Origin: Actinomycetota bacterium | GTDB taxonomy: Bacteria > Actinomycetota > UBA4738 > JBJMLN01 | Assembly: GCA_045805285.1 (NCBI GenBank) | Contig: JBJMLN010000009.1 | Span: 4,317 to 68,316, forward strand | Length of the DNA stretch: 64,000 bases | Direction: 5' to 3' | Shown: positions 10,225-20,139 of the stretch, piece after piece | How the letters are laid out: the number at the start of each line of letters is the position of its first letter | Position numbering within the stretch: the stretch's first letter is position 1 | Notes under the pieces: generated by a model | Seen by the model: only the letters and a program-made list of their open reading frames with translations | What the model was told of the DNA's origin: nothing | Database searches by the model: none | Position numbers and translations under genes: made by a program

Positions 10225-10304
10225 CGTCGGGCGCATCGCGGCCATCTGGGAGGATGGATACGGAGGGCGTCCTCCACTGACCGAGCACGGAAAGGACGTT
10301 CAAC

Positions 10305-13079
10305 GTGGCGAGCGAAAACGGATCGAGCGACCTCCGCTCGGAGCTGCGCGGGGCCGCAGCGACGCTGGAGACGGCAAGCGGCCCGATCCGGTACGTGCGG
10401 CTCGGCTGGCTCGCCGAGAACGGATCGCCCGACCCGAGCCGGTTGCCGCACACGGTCAAGATCGTGCTCGAGAATCTCCTCCGGCGCGCCGGCACGCGCG
10501 ACGTGTCCGAGGACGACGTCCGAGCGCTCGCGGGATGGCCGGACGCGCCGCCCGGCGACATCGCGTTCATGCCGGCGCGCGTGCTGATGCAGGACTTCAC
10601 CGGCGTTCCCGCGGTCGTGGACCTCGCGGCGCTCCGCTCGGCGGTCGCGCGCGCAGGCGGGGATCCGGCGTCTGTCGATCCGCAGGTTCCGGTCGACCTG
10701 GTCATCGACCACTCCGTCCAGGTCGACCTGTTCCGGAGCCCCGAGGCGTACGAGGCGAACATCGACTGGGAGTACCGCCGCAACGGCGAGCGGTACGCGC
10801 TCCTTCGATGGGCGCAGCAGGCGTTCGAAGGCGTGCGCGTCGTTCCGCCCGGGGCGGGCATCTGCCATCAGGTGAACCTCGAGCACCTCGGGCGCGTCGT
10901 GCAGGTCCGGGACGGAACCGCGATGCCGGACACCCTCGTCGGCACCGACTCGCACACGACGATGATCAACGGCCTCGGCGTCCTCGGATGGGGGGTCGGC
11001 GGCATCGAGGCGGAAGCCGCGATGCTCGGCCAGCCGATGTTCCTTCCGAAGCCCGACGTCGTCGGCGTCCGCGTCCGCGGCGCGCTTCCCGCGGGAACGA
11101 CCGCGACCGACCTCGTGCTCACGTTGACGCAGATGCTCCGCGCGCACGGCGTCGTCGGACGGTTCGTGGAGTTCTTCGGCCAGGGGCTCTCCACGTTGGA
11201 GCTCGCCGACCGCGCGACGCTTTCCAACATGTGTCCGGAGTACGGAGCGACCGCCGCATACTTCCCCGTCGACGCGGAGACGCTCCGCTACCTGGAGCTC
11301 ACCGGCCGACGCGACGCGGTCGACCTCGTGGAGCGCTACACGAAGGAGCAGGGCCTCTTCCGCACCGACGCGGATCCGGAGCCGGTGTTCTCCGAGGTGC
11401 TCGACCTCGATCTCTCCTCGGTCGAGCCGAGCGTCGCGGGTCCGCGCAGGCCGCAGGACCGCGTTCCGCTCGCAGGCGTGTGGGACTCCTTCGTCGAGGC
11501 GTTCCGCGACCACCTGGAGCCCGAGCCGAAGCCGACCGAGGTCGGCCGATTCGTGGAGGAGGGGGGCTCCGCGGGCGGCACGGCGGAGCCGGAGGTCACG
11601 CTCGGTGACGAGTTCGACCTCGTCGACCCGGTGACGAAGATCGATGCCGTTGACGTGAAGCACGGCTCGGTCGTGATCGCGGCGATCACGAGCTGCACGA
11701 ACACCTCCAACCCGTCGGTGATGCTCGCTGCGGGTCTCCTCGCGCGGAAGGCCGTCGAAGCAGGCCTGCAGACGCAACCGTGGGTGAAGACGAGCCTCGC
11801 GCCGGGATCCCGCGTCGTGACCGACTATCTGGAACAGGCGGGACTGATGCCGTACCTCGAGAAGCTCGGCTTCTCCCTCGTCGGCTACGGCTGCACGACG
11901 TGCATCGGGAACTCCGGCCCTCTCCCCGAGGAGGTCGCGCACGCGGTCGACGAGCGCGACCTCGCGGTCGTCGCGGTCCTCTCCGGCAACCGGAACTTCG
12001 AAGGACGCATCCATCCGCAGGTGCGCGCGAGCTATCTCGCGTCGCCGCCGCTCTGCGTGGCGTACGCGCTTGCAGGCCACGTCGACCTCGATCTCACGAC
12101 CGATCCCCTCGGCGCGACGCCGGAGGGCGAGCCCGTGTATCTCCGCGACCTGTGGCCGTCTCCGGAGGAGGTTCGCGAGGCGATCCGCAGCGGCGTCTCC
12201 TCGGAGCAGTTCGCGCGCGAGTACGGCCGCATCTTCGAAGGCGACGAGCGGTGGCGTTCGCTGCCCTCGCCCGAGGGGCCGATGTACGAGTGGGATCCGG
12301 ACTCGACCTACGTTCGCGAGCCGCCGTTCTTCGAGGGCGTCTCCGGGTCGTTCGAGCCGCCGGCCGATCCCGTCGGCGCTCGAGCCCTCGTCGTCGTCGG
12401 CGACTCCATCACCACCGACCACATCTCCCCGGCGGGGGCGATCAAGCCGGACTCGCCGGCGGGACGGTACCTGCTCGAGCGCGGCGTTCCGCAGCCGCAG
12501 TTCAACAGCTACGGCGCCCGGCGCGGCAACCACGAGGTGATGCTGCGTGGGACCTTCGCGAACGTGCGGCTCCGCAACGAGCTCGCTCCCGGAACGGAGG
12601 GGCCGTGGACGACGCACCTGCCTGACGGTGAGCGGATGACGATCTTCGACGCCGCGGAGCGTTACCGCAGCGAGGACACGCCGCTCGTCGTCCTGGCCGG
12701 CAAGGAGTACGGCTCGGGGAGCTCCCGCGACTGGGCGGCGAAGGGTCCGATGCTCCTCGGCGTCCGCGCGGTGATCGCGGAGAGCTTCGAGCGGATCCAC
12801 CGGAGCAACCTGGTCGGGATGGGCGTCCTCCCGCTGGAGTTCCCGAGAGGTGAGTCGCGCAGCTCGCTCGGCCTGACCGGCACCGAGACGTTCACGATCC
12901 GAGGCCTCGCGGAGCTCGAACCGGGGCAGCAGATCGACGTCCAGGTCGGCCGTGAGGACGGTTCCACGGCGACGTTCCGCGCGCGGGTCCGCATCGACGG
13001 CGCCGCGGAGCTCGATTCGTTCCGCAACCTCGGCATCCTCCGGATGGTCCTGCGTCAGCTGCTCGCGGCGGAGGACTGA
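10305..13079 (+). CDS. acnA: Aconitate hydratase A
   Basis: QDFTGVPAVVDLA, DHSVQVD, GTDSHT, AAITSCTNTSNP, GYGCTTCIGNSG, GSGSSRDWAAKG. Confidence 0.97.
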   Translation: MASENGSSDLRSELRGAAATLETASGPIRYVRLGWLAENGSPDPSRLPHTVKIVLENLLRRAGTRDVSEDDVRALAGWPDAPPGDIAFMPARVLMQDFTGVPAVVDLAALRSAVARAGGDPASVDPQVPVDLVIDHSVQVDLFRSPEAYEANIDWEYRRNGERYALLRWAQQAFEGVRVVPPGAGICHQVNLEHLGRVVQVRDGTAMPDTLVGTDSHTTMINGLGVLGWGVGGIEAEAAMLGQPMFLPKPDVVGVRVRGALPAGTTATDLVLTLTQMLRAHGVVGRFVEFFGQGLSTLELADRATLSNMCPEYGATAAYFPVDAETLRYLELTGRRDAVDLVERYTKEQGLFRTDADPEPVFSEVLDLDLSSVEPSVAGPRRPQDRVPLAGVWDSFVEAFRDHLEPEPKPTEVGRFVEEGGSAGGTAEPEVTLGDEFDLVDPVTKIDAVDVKHGSVVIAAITSCTNTSNPSVMLAAGLLARKAVEAGLQTQPWVKTSLAPGSRVVTDYLEQAGLMPYLEKLGFSLVGYGCTTCIGNSGPLPEEVAHAVDERDLAVVAVLSGNRNFEGRIHPQVRASYLASPPLCVAYALAGHVDLDLTTDPLGATPEGEPVYLRDLWPSPEEVREAIRSGVSSEQFAREYGRIFEGDERWRSLPSPEGPMYEWDPDSTYVREPPFFEGVSGSFEPPADPVGARALVVVGDSITTDHISPAGAIKPDSPAGRYLLERGVPQPQFNSYGARRGNHEVMLRGTFANVRLRNELAPGTEGPWTTHLPDGERMTIFDAAERYRSEDTPLVVLAGKEYGSGSSRDWAAKGPMLLGVRAVIAESFERIHRSNLVGMGVLPLEFPRGESRSSLGLTGTETFTIRGLAELEPGQQIDVQVGREDGSTATFRARVRIDGAAELDSFRNLGILRMVLRQLLAAED

Positions 13080-13169
13080 GGACACCCGTTCGCCCACGGA
13101 GACCTACCCGAAGCTCGGTAGTCGCGAGCTAAGGGGCGGTGGCATCCGTACCGATAGACCAAGCAGACC

Positions 13170-14879
13170 ATGTCCGTGCCTCGACCCGAGCTCGAGCCCG
13201 AGCGGCTGCAGGTATTGCGTCGGTACGACATCCTCGACACCGGTCCGGAGGATGCCTTCGACGACCTGGCACGCCTCGCGACGCACGTCTGCGAGGCGCC
13301 GATGGCGACGGTCGCGTTCGTCGACGAGGACCGCATCTGGGCGAAGGCCGGGATGGGATTCCCGTTCCGTGAATGGTCTCGCGAGGAGGGGTTCTCCAGC
13401 CACGCGATCGCCTCCGGCGGGCTGACGGTCGTCCGCGACGCGTTGGAGGACGAACGCTTCGTCGCAAGCCCTCTCGTCACCGATGAGCCGCATGTGCGCT
13501 TCTACGCCGGAGCGCCGCTGCTGTGCGCGGAGGGCGTCGCGATCGGCGCGCTCTCCGTCTACGACACCAAGCCGCGAACGCTCGACGCCGCGCAGGCCGC
13601 GGGGCTCTGGGCGCTCACGCGGCAGGTGATGACCCAGCTCGAGCTCCGGCGGAGCATCACCGAGCTCAAGGAGGCCGACGCCGACCGGTCGCGAACGGAC
13701 CGCGAGCTCCGCGACACCAAGGAGATGTACCGGTCGCTGATCGAGGCCGTCCCGACGGTTACCTACATCGATCCCGTTCATCCCGAGCAGCTGAGCATCT
13801 ACGTCAGCCCGCAGATCACCGAGCTTCTCGGCTGCACGCAGGAGCAGTGGCTCCGTCAGATGGACTTCTGGCACACGCACGTCCATCCGGACGACGAGCC
13901 GCGCGTGTGGCAGGAGTGGGAGCGCTGCCGCGATACGGGCGAGCCGTACGTCGTGGAGTACCGGATGCTCCACGAGGACGGACGCATCGTGTGGGTGAGC
14001 GAGCGCGCCGCGATCCTTCGCAACTCCGACGGCGAGCCGTGGCTCGTCCAGGGTGTCCTGATGGACATCACCGAGCGCAAGCGCGTCGAGGAGGAGCTCG
14101 AATTCGCCTGGCAGCGGGAGCGCACCGCTGCGGAGCATCTCCGCGCGCTCGACGAGCTCAAGAACACGTTGCTCCACGCGGTCTCGCACGACCTCCGTGG
14201 CCCGATCACGGCGGTGACCGCGTCGGCGCAGGTGCTCGACCACATGGGAGACGACCTCTCCTCCGACGAGCGCCAGGAGCTGGTGCACGGCATCTCCGCG
14301 AGCGCGCGGAAGCTCAACCGCCTCGTCACCGACCTTCTCGACTTCGACCGGCTCGACCGGGGGATCGTGGAGCCGAATCGCAAGCCGACCGACATCGGAG
14401 CGATCGTCCGCTCGGTGGTTCCCGACGTGGAGGAGCTCCGCAACCGCGAGGTGGAGCTCGACCTCGAGCCGATCGAGGCCTCCGTCGATCCGACGGGCGT
14501 CGAGCGGATCGTCGAGAACCTCCTCACGAACACCGGCCGTCACACGCCCGCCGGGACCCACGTCTGGGTCCGCGTCCACGCGCAGGGCGACGGCGTCATG
14601 ATCGTCGTGGAGGACGACGGCCCGGGAGTTCCGGAGGACTCGCGCGGCGAGATCTTCGAACCGTTCCGGCAGGGAGGCGGAGAGCGACACGGCCGCGGGC
14701 TCGGCATCGGTCTGTCGCTCGTCGCGCGCTTCGCGGCGCTCCACGACGGATGGGCCGACGTCGTCGAGCGAGAGGGCGGAGGCGCGTGCTTCCGCGCGTT
14801 CCTTGCCGACGCATCGCCGGTCACGAAGAGCGGAACCGGCGAGGCCGGAACCGCGACGGAGCTCCACGTCGCGCGCTGA
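13170..14879 (+). CDS. Cytoplasmic GAF-PAS sensor histidine kinase
   Basis: GAF (ILDT...FDDL...RFYAGAPL), PAS_3 (VHPDD...EYRM), HisKA SHDLRGP, HATPase EDDGPG and GLGIGL. Confidence 0.92.
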   Translation: MSVPRPELEPERLQVLRRYDILDTGPEDAFDDLARLATHVCEAPMATVAFVDEDRIWAKAGMGFPFREWSREEGFSSHAIASGGLTVVRDALEDERFVASPLVTDEPHVRFYAGAPLLCAEGVAIGALSVYDTKPRTLDAAQAAGLWALTRQVMTQLELRRSITELKEADADRSRTDRELRDTKEMYRSLIEAVPTVTYIDPVHPEQLSIYVSPQITELLGCTQEQWLRQMDFWHTHVHPDDEPRVWQEWERCRDTGEPYVVEYRMLHEDGRIVWVSERAAILRNSDGEPWLVQGVLMDITERKRVEEELEFAWQRERTAAEHLRALDELKNTLLHAVSHDLRGPITAVTASAQVLDHMGDDLSSDERQELVHGISASARKLNRLVTDLLDFDRLDRGIVEPNRKPTDIGAIVRSVVPDVEELRNREVELDLEPIEASVDPTGVERIVENLLTNTGRHTPAGTHVWVRVHAQGDGVMIVVEDDGPGVPEDSRGEIFEPFRQGGGERHGRGLGIGLSLVARFAALHDGWADVVEREGGGACFRAFLADASPVTKSGTGEAGTATELHVAR

Positions 14880-14897
14880 CGCGACCCTTTCGAGCCC

Positions 14898-15629
14898 TTA
14901 GAGCGGTGCGGACATCACCGGCTGTGACGTCGGCGCCGCCGGACAGGCCTCCGACTCGACGGTGATCGCCATCGCGTTCGACGCGGAGAGGTTGGCGCTC
15001 ACCTCGTGCAGCACGTCTCCGTCCTCCTGCGGCGCGAAACAACCGGTCGAGACGGGCGTCTTCCCCTCGAACCTCCACAGCTCGTAGGCCTTGCCGCTGG
15101 GGGGCTCCTCGAGGCCCGCTCCGACGAGGAAGACGTCGGAGTCGCCCGGTCCGTAGACCACCTTCATTGTTCCCGGACCGGATCCGCTGAGCTGCACGGC
15201 TTGCGTTCCGGGCTGCTCGAGTTTCTCGGCGAGCGCCTCGGCGACCGTGTCCTGACGCGGCGCGAGCAGGTAGCCGCCGATCCCGGCCGCCACGATCAGC
15301 ACCGCGGCAACGAAGCCCGCGACCGCCCGCACTGGCGTCGCAAACCGGCGCCGTTCGCGGGCATGGTCACCCGACGACCGCGGCTCCTGCGCATCGCCGA
15401 GCGCGCGAGTGACGAGCTCGTCCTCGAACCCCTCTCGGATCTCCGCGGGCTCGAGCGAGAAGGCGAGGCGTCCGGCCACCTCCCCGTAGGCCGACTCGAG
15501 GTGGAGGCATTCCGCGCAGCCCGCCCCGTGATCGGAGCGCTGCGACGCGAGGGCGTGTTCGTCCGACGGGTCGAGCGCGTTGAGCGCGTGGAGCGCGATC
15601 AGCTCTTCGATGGCCGCGTGGTCTCTCAT
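14898..15629 (-). CDS. RskA-like anti-sigma factor
   Basis: HxxxCxxC-like site (DHGAGCAEC), one TM helix, C-terminal AYELW...AITVES...PTS. ATGA overlap with the sigma gene stop. Confidence 0.85.
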   Translation of the reverse strand: MRDHAAIEELIALHALNALDPSDEHALASQRSDHGAGCAECLHLESAYGEVAGRLAFSLEPAEIREGFEDELVTRALGDAQEPRSSGDHARERRRFATPVRAVAGFVAAVLIVAAGIGGYLLAPRQDTVAEALAEKLEQPGTQAVQLSGSGPGTMKVVYGPGDSDVFLVGAGLEEPPSGKAYELWRFEGKTPVSTGCFAPQEDGDVLHEVSANLSASNAMAITVESEACPAAPTSQPVMSAPL

Positions 15630-16198
15630 CGCTCCATCCCCAGGAGTGCGGCGCGGAGCCGGCGCATGCCCAGGAGCGTGCGCGACTTCACGGTGCCCAG
15701 GGGCAGCTGCAGACGCTCCGCGATCCTCGACTGCGAGAGCCCGCCGAAATACATCAGCTCGATGACCTGGCGTTGCTCGGCGGGGAGCGTCTCCAACGCG
15801 GAGCGGACGGCCTTGCGCTCCTCCGGCAGGCCGAGCTCCTCGACGACGACGACCGCCGGGTCCTCCTCGTCGATCTCCGGGAGCGACTCCGCGGCGCGGC
15901 GCTTGCTTGCCTCCTCGCGGCGGACCGCGTCGACGGCTCGGTGATGCGTCATCCCCATCAGCCACGCCTTGACGGAGCCGCGTTCGTCGTCATAGCCCCC
16001 CGGATCCCTCCACACGGCCAGGAACACCTCCTGGACGATCTCCTCGGCGAGGAACGGCTGGCGGACGATCCGCCGGGCGACGGCGAGTGCGGTCGGTCCG
16101 TAGCGCCGGAACAACCCGCGGAATGCTTCCTCGTCGCGGTCCCCGACGCGGCGAACGAGCTCGCGATCGCGAGCGCCGGAGAGGTCAACCGTCTGCAC
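15626..16198 (-). CDS. ECF RNA polymerase sigma factor, SigK-like
   Basis: Region 2 AEEIVQEVFLAVW, HHRAVDAVR; region 4 YFGGLSQSRIA...LGTVKSR. Paired with an RskA-like gene. Confidence 0.9.
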   Translation of the reverse strand: MQTVDLSGARDRELVRRVGDRDEEAFRGLFRRYGPTALAVARRIVRQPFLAEEIVQEVFLAVWRDPGGYDDERGSVKAWLMGMTHHRAVDAVRREEASKRRAAESLPEIDEEDPAVVVVEELGLPEERKAVRSALETLPAEQRQVIELMYFGGLSQSRIAERLQLPLGTVKSRTLLGMRRLRAALLGMER

Positions 16199-16277
16199 GA
16201 CCGAGCTCCTGATGGCGAGAACCCCTCTCCAGGGGCGCCGCCGCGCCTCCGTCCGATCGATCGTCTCCCGCCCTCGG

Positions 16278-16303
16278 TTCGGAGTGGAGGCCGTCGCGGA
16301 TCA
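16278..16303 (-). promoter_or_regulatory. Putative SigK-type autoregulatory promoter
   Basis: Minus strand TGATCC-N15-CCGAA about 80 nt upstream of the sigma gene; resembles the mycobacterial SigK consensus CCATCC-N15-CCGAA. Confidence 0.6.
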
Positions 16304-16425
16304 ACGCGGCTCTCCGGCCGCGGCTCGGCAGAGGAATTCGGTGGGTCACGCGGGGAACGGCTCCTGGGTATCCGGGGACCCCGGGAAGCTAGCGGAACCC
16401 TCCGGAGTGCGACAAGGGCGCCGAG

Positions 16426-17331
16426 CTACCCCGCCTCGCGGGCGCGGTGGTGGCGCTGCTTCTCCTCGTACATCAGCGCGTCCGCTCGCTCCATCAACTC
16501 CTCGATCGAGCAGGACTCCTTCGGGTCGTAGGGCGCGGCGCCGACGGAGAGCGACAGCTCGTAGGAGCGTCCGGCTCGCGCGTTGTGCGTCGCGACCGCC
16601 TCGACGAGGCGGATCAGCACGCGCTGTGCGTTGACCGCGTCCTCCCCGGTTAGCAGGACGCAGAACTCATCCCCGCCGACACGGGCCATCACGTCGGAGT
16701 TCCGCAGCGTCTTCGTCAGGACCGAGGCGGTGTCCTGGATCATCCTCGAGCCCTCCGCGTGGCCGTGCACGTCGTTCACCTTCTTGAGGCCGTCGAGGTC
16801 GATGAACAGCAGCACGAGGGGCTCCCCGTTGCGGTCGGCAAGGTTCACGTGGTGCTCCGCGAGCGGAAGGAAGCCTCGGCGGTTGAACAGCCCGGTCAGG
16901 TCGTCCACGGTTGCGAGCCTGCGGAGATCCTCCTGCATCCGGTGGCGCTCCACGGCGTAGCGGAGCGATCGCGCGATCACCTCGGCGTCGAACGTTCCCT
17001 TGACGAGGTAGTCCTGCGCTCCCGCCTGGACGGCGGCGGTCGCGGCCTGTTCGTCGTCGAGGCCGGTCAGAACGACGATCGGAACGTCCTCCGCGCACGA
17101 GCGCACGAGCGCGAACGTCTGAAGCCCGGAGCTGTCCGGGAGCGAGAGATCGAGCACGACGATGTCCACGCCGCCGTTCGCGAGCCGGTCGATCGCGCCG
17201 GCGATCCGGTCGGCATGCTCCACGACGAAGGCACCCTCCGCTTCCTCGAGCGCGCGCTCGATGAGACGGGCGTCCCCGAGGGTGTCCTCCACCACGAGCA
17301 CCGTGAGATGCGTTCCGTTCATCGCGCTCAT
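16426..17331 (-). CDS. REC-GGDEF diguanylate cyclase response regulator
   Basis: REC VVED...LDLSLPD...DYLVK; DDLTGLFNRR; RVGGDEF. Confidence 0.93.
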   Translation of the reverse strand: MSAMNGTHLTVLVVEDTLGDARLIERALEEAEGAFVVEHADRIAGAIDRLANGGVDIVVLDLSLPDSSGLQTFALVRSCAEDVPIVVLTGLDDEQAATAAVQAGAQDYLVKGTFDAEVIARSLRYAVERHRMQEDLRRLATVDDLTGLFNRRGFLPLAEHHVNLADRNGEPLVLLFIDLDGLKKVNDVHGHAEGSRMIQDTASVLTKTLRNSDVMARVGGDEFCVLLTGEDAVNAQRVLIRLVEAVATHNARAGRSYELSLSVGAAPYDPKESCSIEELMERADALMYEEKQRHHRAREAG

Positions 17332-17588
17332 CCCGGTGGCAGCCGGACGATCGTCAGGCGGAAGTCGCTCGGCATTGGCTCAGCCCCCTCATGACTCTCC
17401 TACTGCTCGGGCGCCACCCGCTCGGACTTGAACCGGTCCGTGCCGGAGCGACGCAGAACCCGTTGCCTAGAGGAGGGGCGGCGCGCCCGACGATCTTGGC
17501 GAAACGGGTTCGGGCGGACGGTCTCCACACGATCGCCATCGCGCCCCGTTCCATCGATTCGAGGTTCCTCGGTACGCTTGCTAACGAT

Positions 17589-19076
17589 ATGGCGCAGCAG
17601 ACACCGCCGCCCGATCATCTCCACGCTGGCCGCCTCGGCCGGTTGCTGCTTGTCGTCGGAGCGGCGCTCGCTCTGGTCGTCGCGGCCGGCTCCGGAGCGA
17701 CCTTCGCGTACTACTTCCATCTATACGGCTCGATCCGGAATCCGACGGAGACCACGACGGGGATCCAGCGGGAGAAGCACGCAGAGCAAAACGCACCCGG
17801 CAGCAAGGTCGTCGACCAGTGCCAAGAGAGTGGCTGTAACTTCCTGCTCCTCGGAAGCGACTCGCGGTCCGGACTCTCCAAGCAACAGCAAGAGGAGTTC
17901 GGCACGAACAAAGACATTGGCGGGTCCCAGCGATCCGACACGATCATGGTTGTGCATGTCCCGCCCGGGAACCAGAAGGCAGTCATCCTTTCGTTCCCGC
18001 GTGACCTGTGGGTGCATATTCCGGGCCACGGCGTCGACAAGATCAATGCCGCCTTCGAGGGTGGCGTGAACGGCGGAGGCGCGCAAGTCGTCGCGAGCAC
18101 GCTCTACAAGCTGAGCGGGCTCCGCATCAACCATTGGATGTACGTCGACCTCGCAGGGTTTGAAGGGCTCGTGAACGCTCTCGGTGGCGTGCACATGTGC
18201 GTTCCGTCGCCGATGTACGATCCGCTGACTGCGCTCTCGATCCCGAAGCCGGGCTGCCAGGACTTCAGCGGTCAAACGGCCCTCGCGTATGTTCGAACGC
18301 GACATTGGAAAGCGTCTCCGTCGCCGACGGCACCCGAGTGCGACGTCATCGGAGACTTTGCGCGGATCGGGCGCCAGCAGCAGTTCCTTCGAGCGATCTT
18401 CGCGAAAGTGCTCTCGCCATCGGAGCTCCTCCACGTGCAGAACATCATGCCGAAGCTGCTTCAGAACTTCGTCGTCGACAAGGGTTTGAACCCTGCGGAC
18501 CTTGCCTACTTCGTCGGGCAGCTTCAAGGCCTAACGACGGGTGCGGCGGACTTCCGCACGGTTCCGACCAAGGTGGGCTGGGCGAACGTGAACTACCCTC
18601 CTTACCGCCTCTCGATCGTGAGTCCGATCCAGCCTCAGGCGAACGAGCTCTTCCACCGGATCCTGAACAACCAGCCGCTCGGAGATCTGGGCAAGGAGCA
18701 GCAGGACACGCCTCCGTCGCCCGCGAATATCTCCGTCCAAGTCTTCGACCACGGCTCTCAAGGCACCGCCGCGATCGCGCTAAAGACGCTCCAGGACAGC
18801 GGGTTCCTCGCGCCGACGACGGTGTCGCCGTACACCTCGCTCAAGAAGCCGGTGAAGGGCTCCGTCCTCCTCTACCGGCAGTCCGCGCAGGCGATGGCGG
18901 ACGTCGTCGCGGGCTACCTCCCGAACCTGAAGCTCGTCGCGGTCCCCGACTCCGCGCTGCCTGACGCTCCGGTCGCCGCGGTGATCTCCTCCGGCTATCA
19001 GGCCGCCGAGCCCGGCGCCTCGTCCGGAGGAGGCGGTGGCGGTGGAGGGGCGTCCGCCGCACAATGCCCCGCATGA
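17589..19076 (+). CDS. LCP-family glycopolymer transferase with LytR C-terminal domain
   Basis: N-terminal TM, LLLGSDSR, RSDTIMV, SFPRD, KINAA, YVRTR, GDFARIGRQQ. Start inferred at ATG 17589. Confidence 0.9.
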   Translation: MAQQTPPPDHLHAGRLGRLLLVVGAALALVVAAGSGATFAYYFHLYGSIRNPTETTTGIQREKHAEQNAPGSKVVDQCQESGCNFLLLGSDSRSGLSKQQQEEFGTNKDIGGSQRSDTIMVVHVPPGNQKAVILSFPRDLWVHIPGHGVDKINAAFEGGVNGGGAQVVASTLYKLSGLRINHWMYVDLAGFEGLVNALGGVHMCVPSPMYDPLTALSIPKPGCQDFSGQTALAYVRTRHWKASPSPTAPECDVIGDFARIGRQQQFLRAIFAKVLSPSELLHVQNIMPKLLQNFVVDKGLNPADLAYFVGQLQGLTTGAADFRTVPTKVGWANVNYPPYRLSIVSPIQPQANELFHRILNNQPLGDLGKEQQDTPPSPANISVQVFDHGSQGTAAIALKTLQDSGFLAPTTVSPYTSLKKPVKGSVLLYRQSAQAMADVVAGYLPNLKLVAVPDSALPDAPVAAVISSGYQAAEPGASSGGGGGGGGASAAQCPA

Positions 19077-20131
19077 AAGCGGTCGTCCTCTCGGGTGGGG
19101 AGGGCTCCAGGCTCCGCCCCATCACGCACACGAACGCCAAGCAGCTGATCCCGATCGCCAACAAGCCGATCCTGTTCTCCGCCCTGGAGGCAATCCGTGA
19201 CGCCGGGATCGACGAGGTCGGCATCGTGGTCGGTTCCACGGCGCCGGAGGTGGAGAACGCCGTCGGCTACGGCGACGCGTGGGGACTCTCCGTCACGTAT
19301 CTGCACCAGGACAATCCACGAGGCATCGCCCACGCCGTCGGCCTCGCGCGGAAGTTCGTTGCCGACGATCCGTTCGTCGTCTATCTCGGCGACAACGTTC
19401 TGCTCCAGGGCGTCGCCGGCTTCGTGGAAGAGTTCGAGCGCTACCGGCCGAACGCTCAGATCTACCTCGCGAGGGTGCCGGAGCCCGAGCATTTCGGCGT
19501 CGCGGAGCTCGACGGCGACCGCGTCGTCCGTCTCGTGGAGAAGCCGCAGAGCTACGTCTCCGACCTCGCGCTCGTCGGTGTGTACCTGTTCGATCCGACG
19601 GTGTTCGACGCGATCGACCAGCTGAAGCCGTCGTGGCGGAACGAGCTCGAGATCACCGAGGCGATCCAGCTCCTGATCGACGCGGGAAAGACGGTCCGCG
19701 CGGAGATGGTCAGCGGCTGGTGGAAGGACACCGGTCGCCCGGAGGATCTCCTCGAGGCCAACAAGATGATGCTCACGAACCAGGAGCCCCGGATCGACGG
19801 AGAGGTCGACGCGGACTCCTCCCTCAACGGGAGCGTCGTCGTGGAGGAGGGCGCGAAGGTCGTCCGGTCGCGTTTGGAGGGCCCGGTCATCGTCGGTCGC
19901 GGAACCGTGATCGAGGACGCGACGATCGGCCCCTGCACGTCGGTCGCCGGCGGTTGTCGCGTCGTCGGCAGCCGCGTGGAGAACTCCATCGTGCTGGAGG
20001 GATGCCGGATCGAGGGCGTCGGACACCTCGCGGACTCGATCCTCGGACGCCACGTGGCGGTGCGCCCGAGCGGAAGCGCCGGTGCCCACCGGCTGATCGT
20101 GGGAGACCAGAGCCAGCTCGAGCTCTCCTGA
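19073..20131 (+). CDS. rmlA: Glucose-1-phosphate thymidylyltransferase (long form)
   Basis: LSGGEGSRLRPIT..NAKQL, YLGDN, VEKP, ELEITEA, WWKDTG, C-terminal hexapeptide domain. Confidence 0.9.
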   Translation: MKAVVLSGGEGSRLRPITHTNAKQLIPIANKPILFSALEAIRDAGIDEVGIVVGSTAPEVENAVGYGDAWGLSVTYLHQDNPRGIAHAVGLARKFVADDPFVVYLGDNVLLQGVAGFVEEFERYRPNAQIYLARVPEPEHFGVAELDGDRVVRLVEKPQSYVSDLALVGVYLFDPTVFDAIDQLKPSWRNELEITEAIQLLIDAGKTVRAEMVSGWWKDTGRPEDLLEANKMMLTNQEPRIDGEVDADSSLNGSVVVEEGAKVVRSRLEGPVIVGRGTVIEDATIGPCTSVAGGCRVVGSRVENSIVLEGCRIEGVGHLADSILGRHVAVRPSGSAGAHRLIVGDQSQLELS

Positions 20132-20139
20132 CGCGCGCG

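Noticed and set aside
10020-13097. Long antisense ORFs (also 3609-6248, 43080-45857, 56875-60267 and many others)
   Set aside because: Mirror frames of well-supported genes, expected in high-GC DNA with few stop codons; no recognisable motifs.
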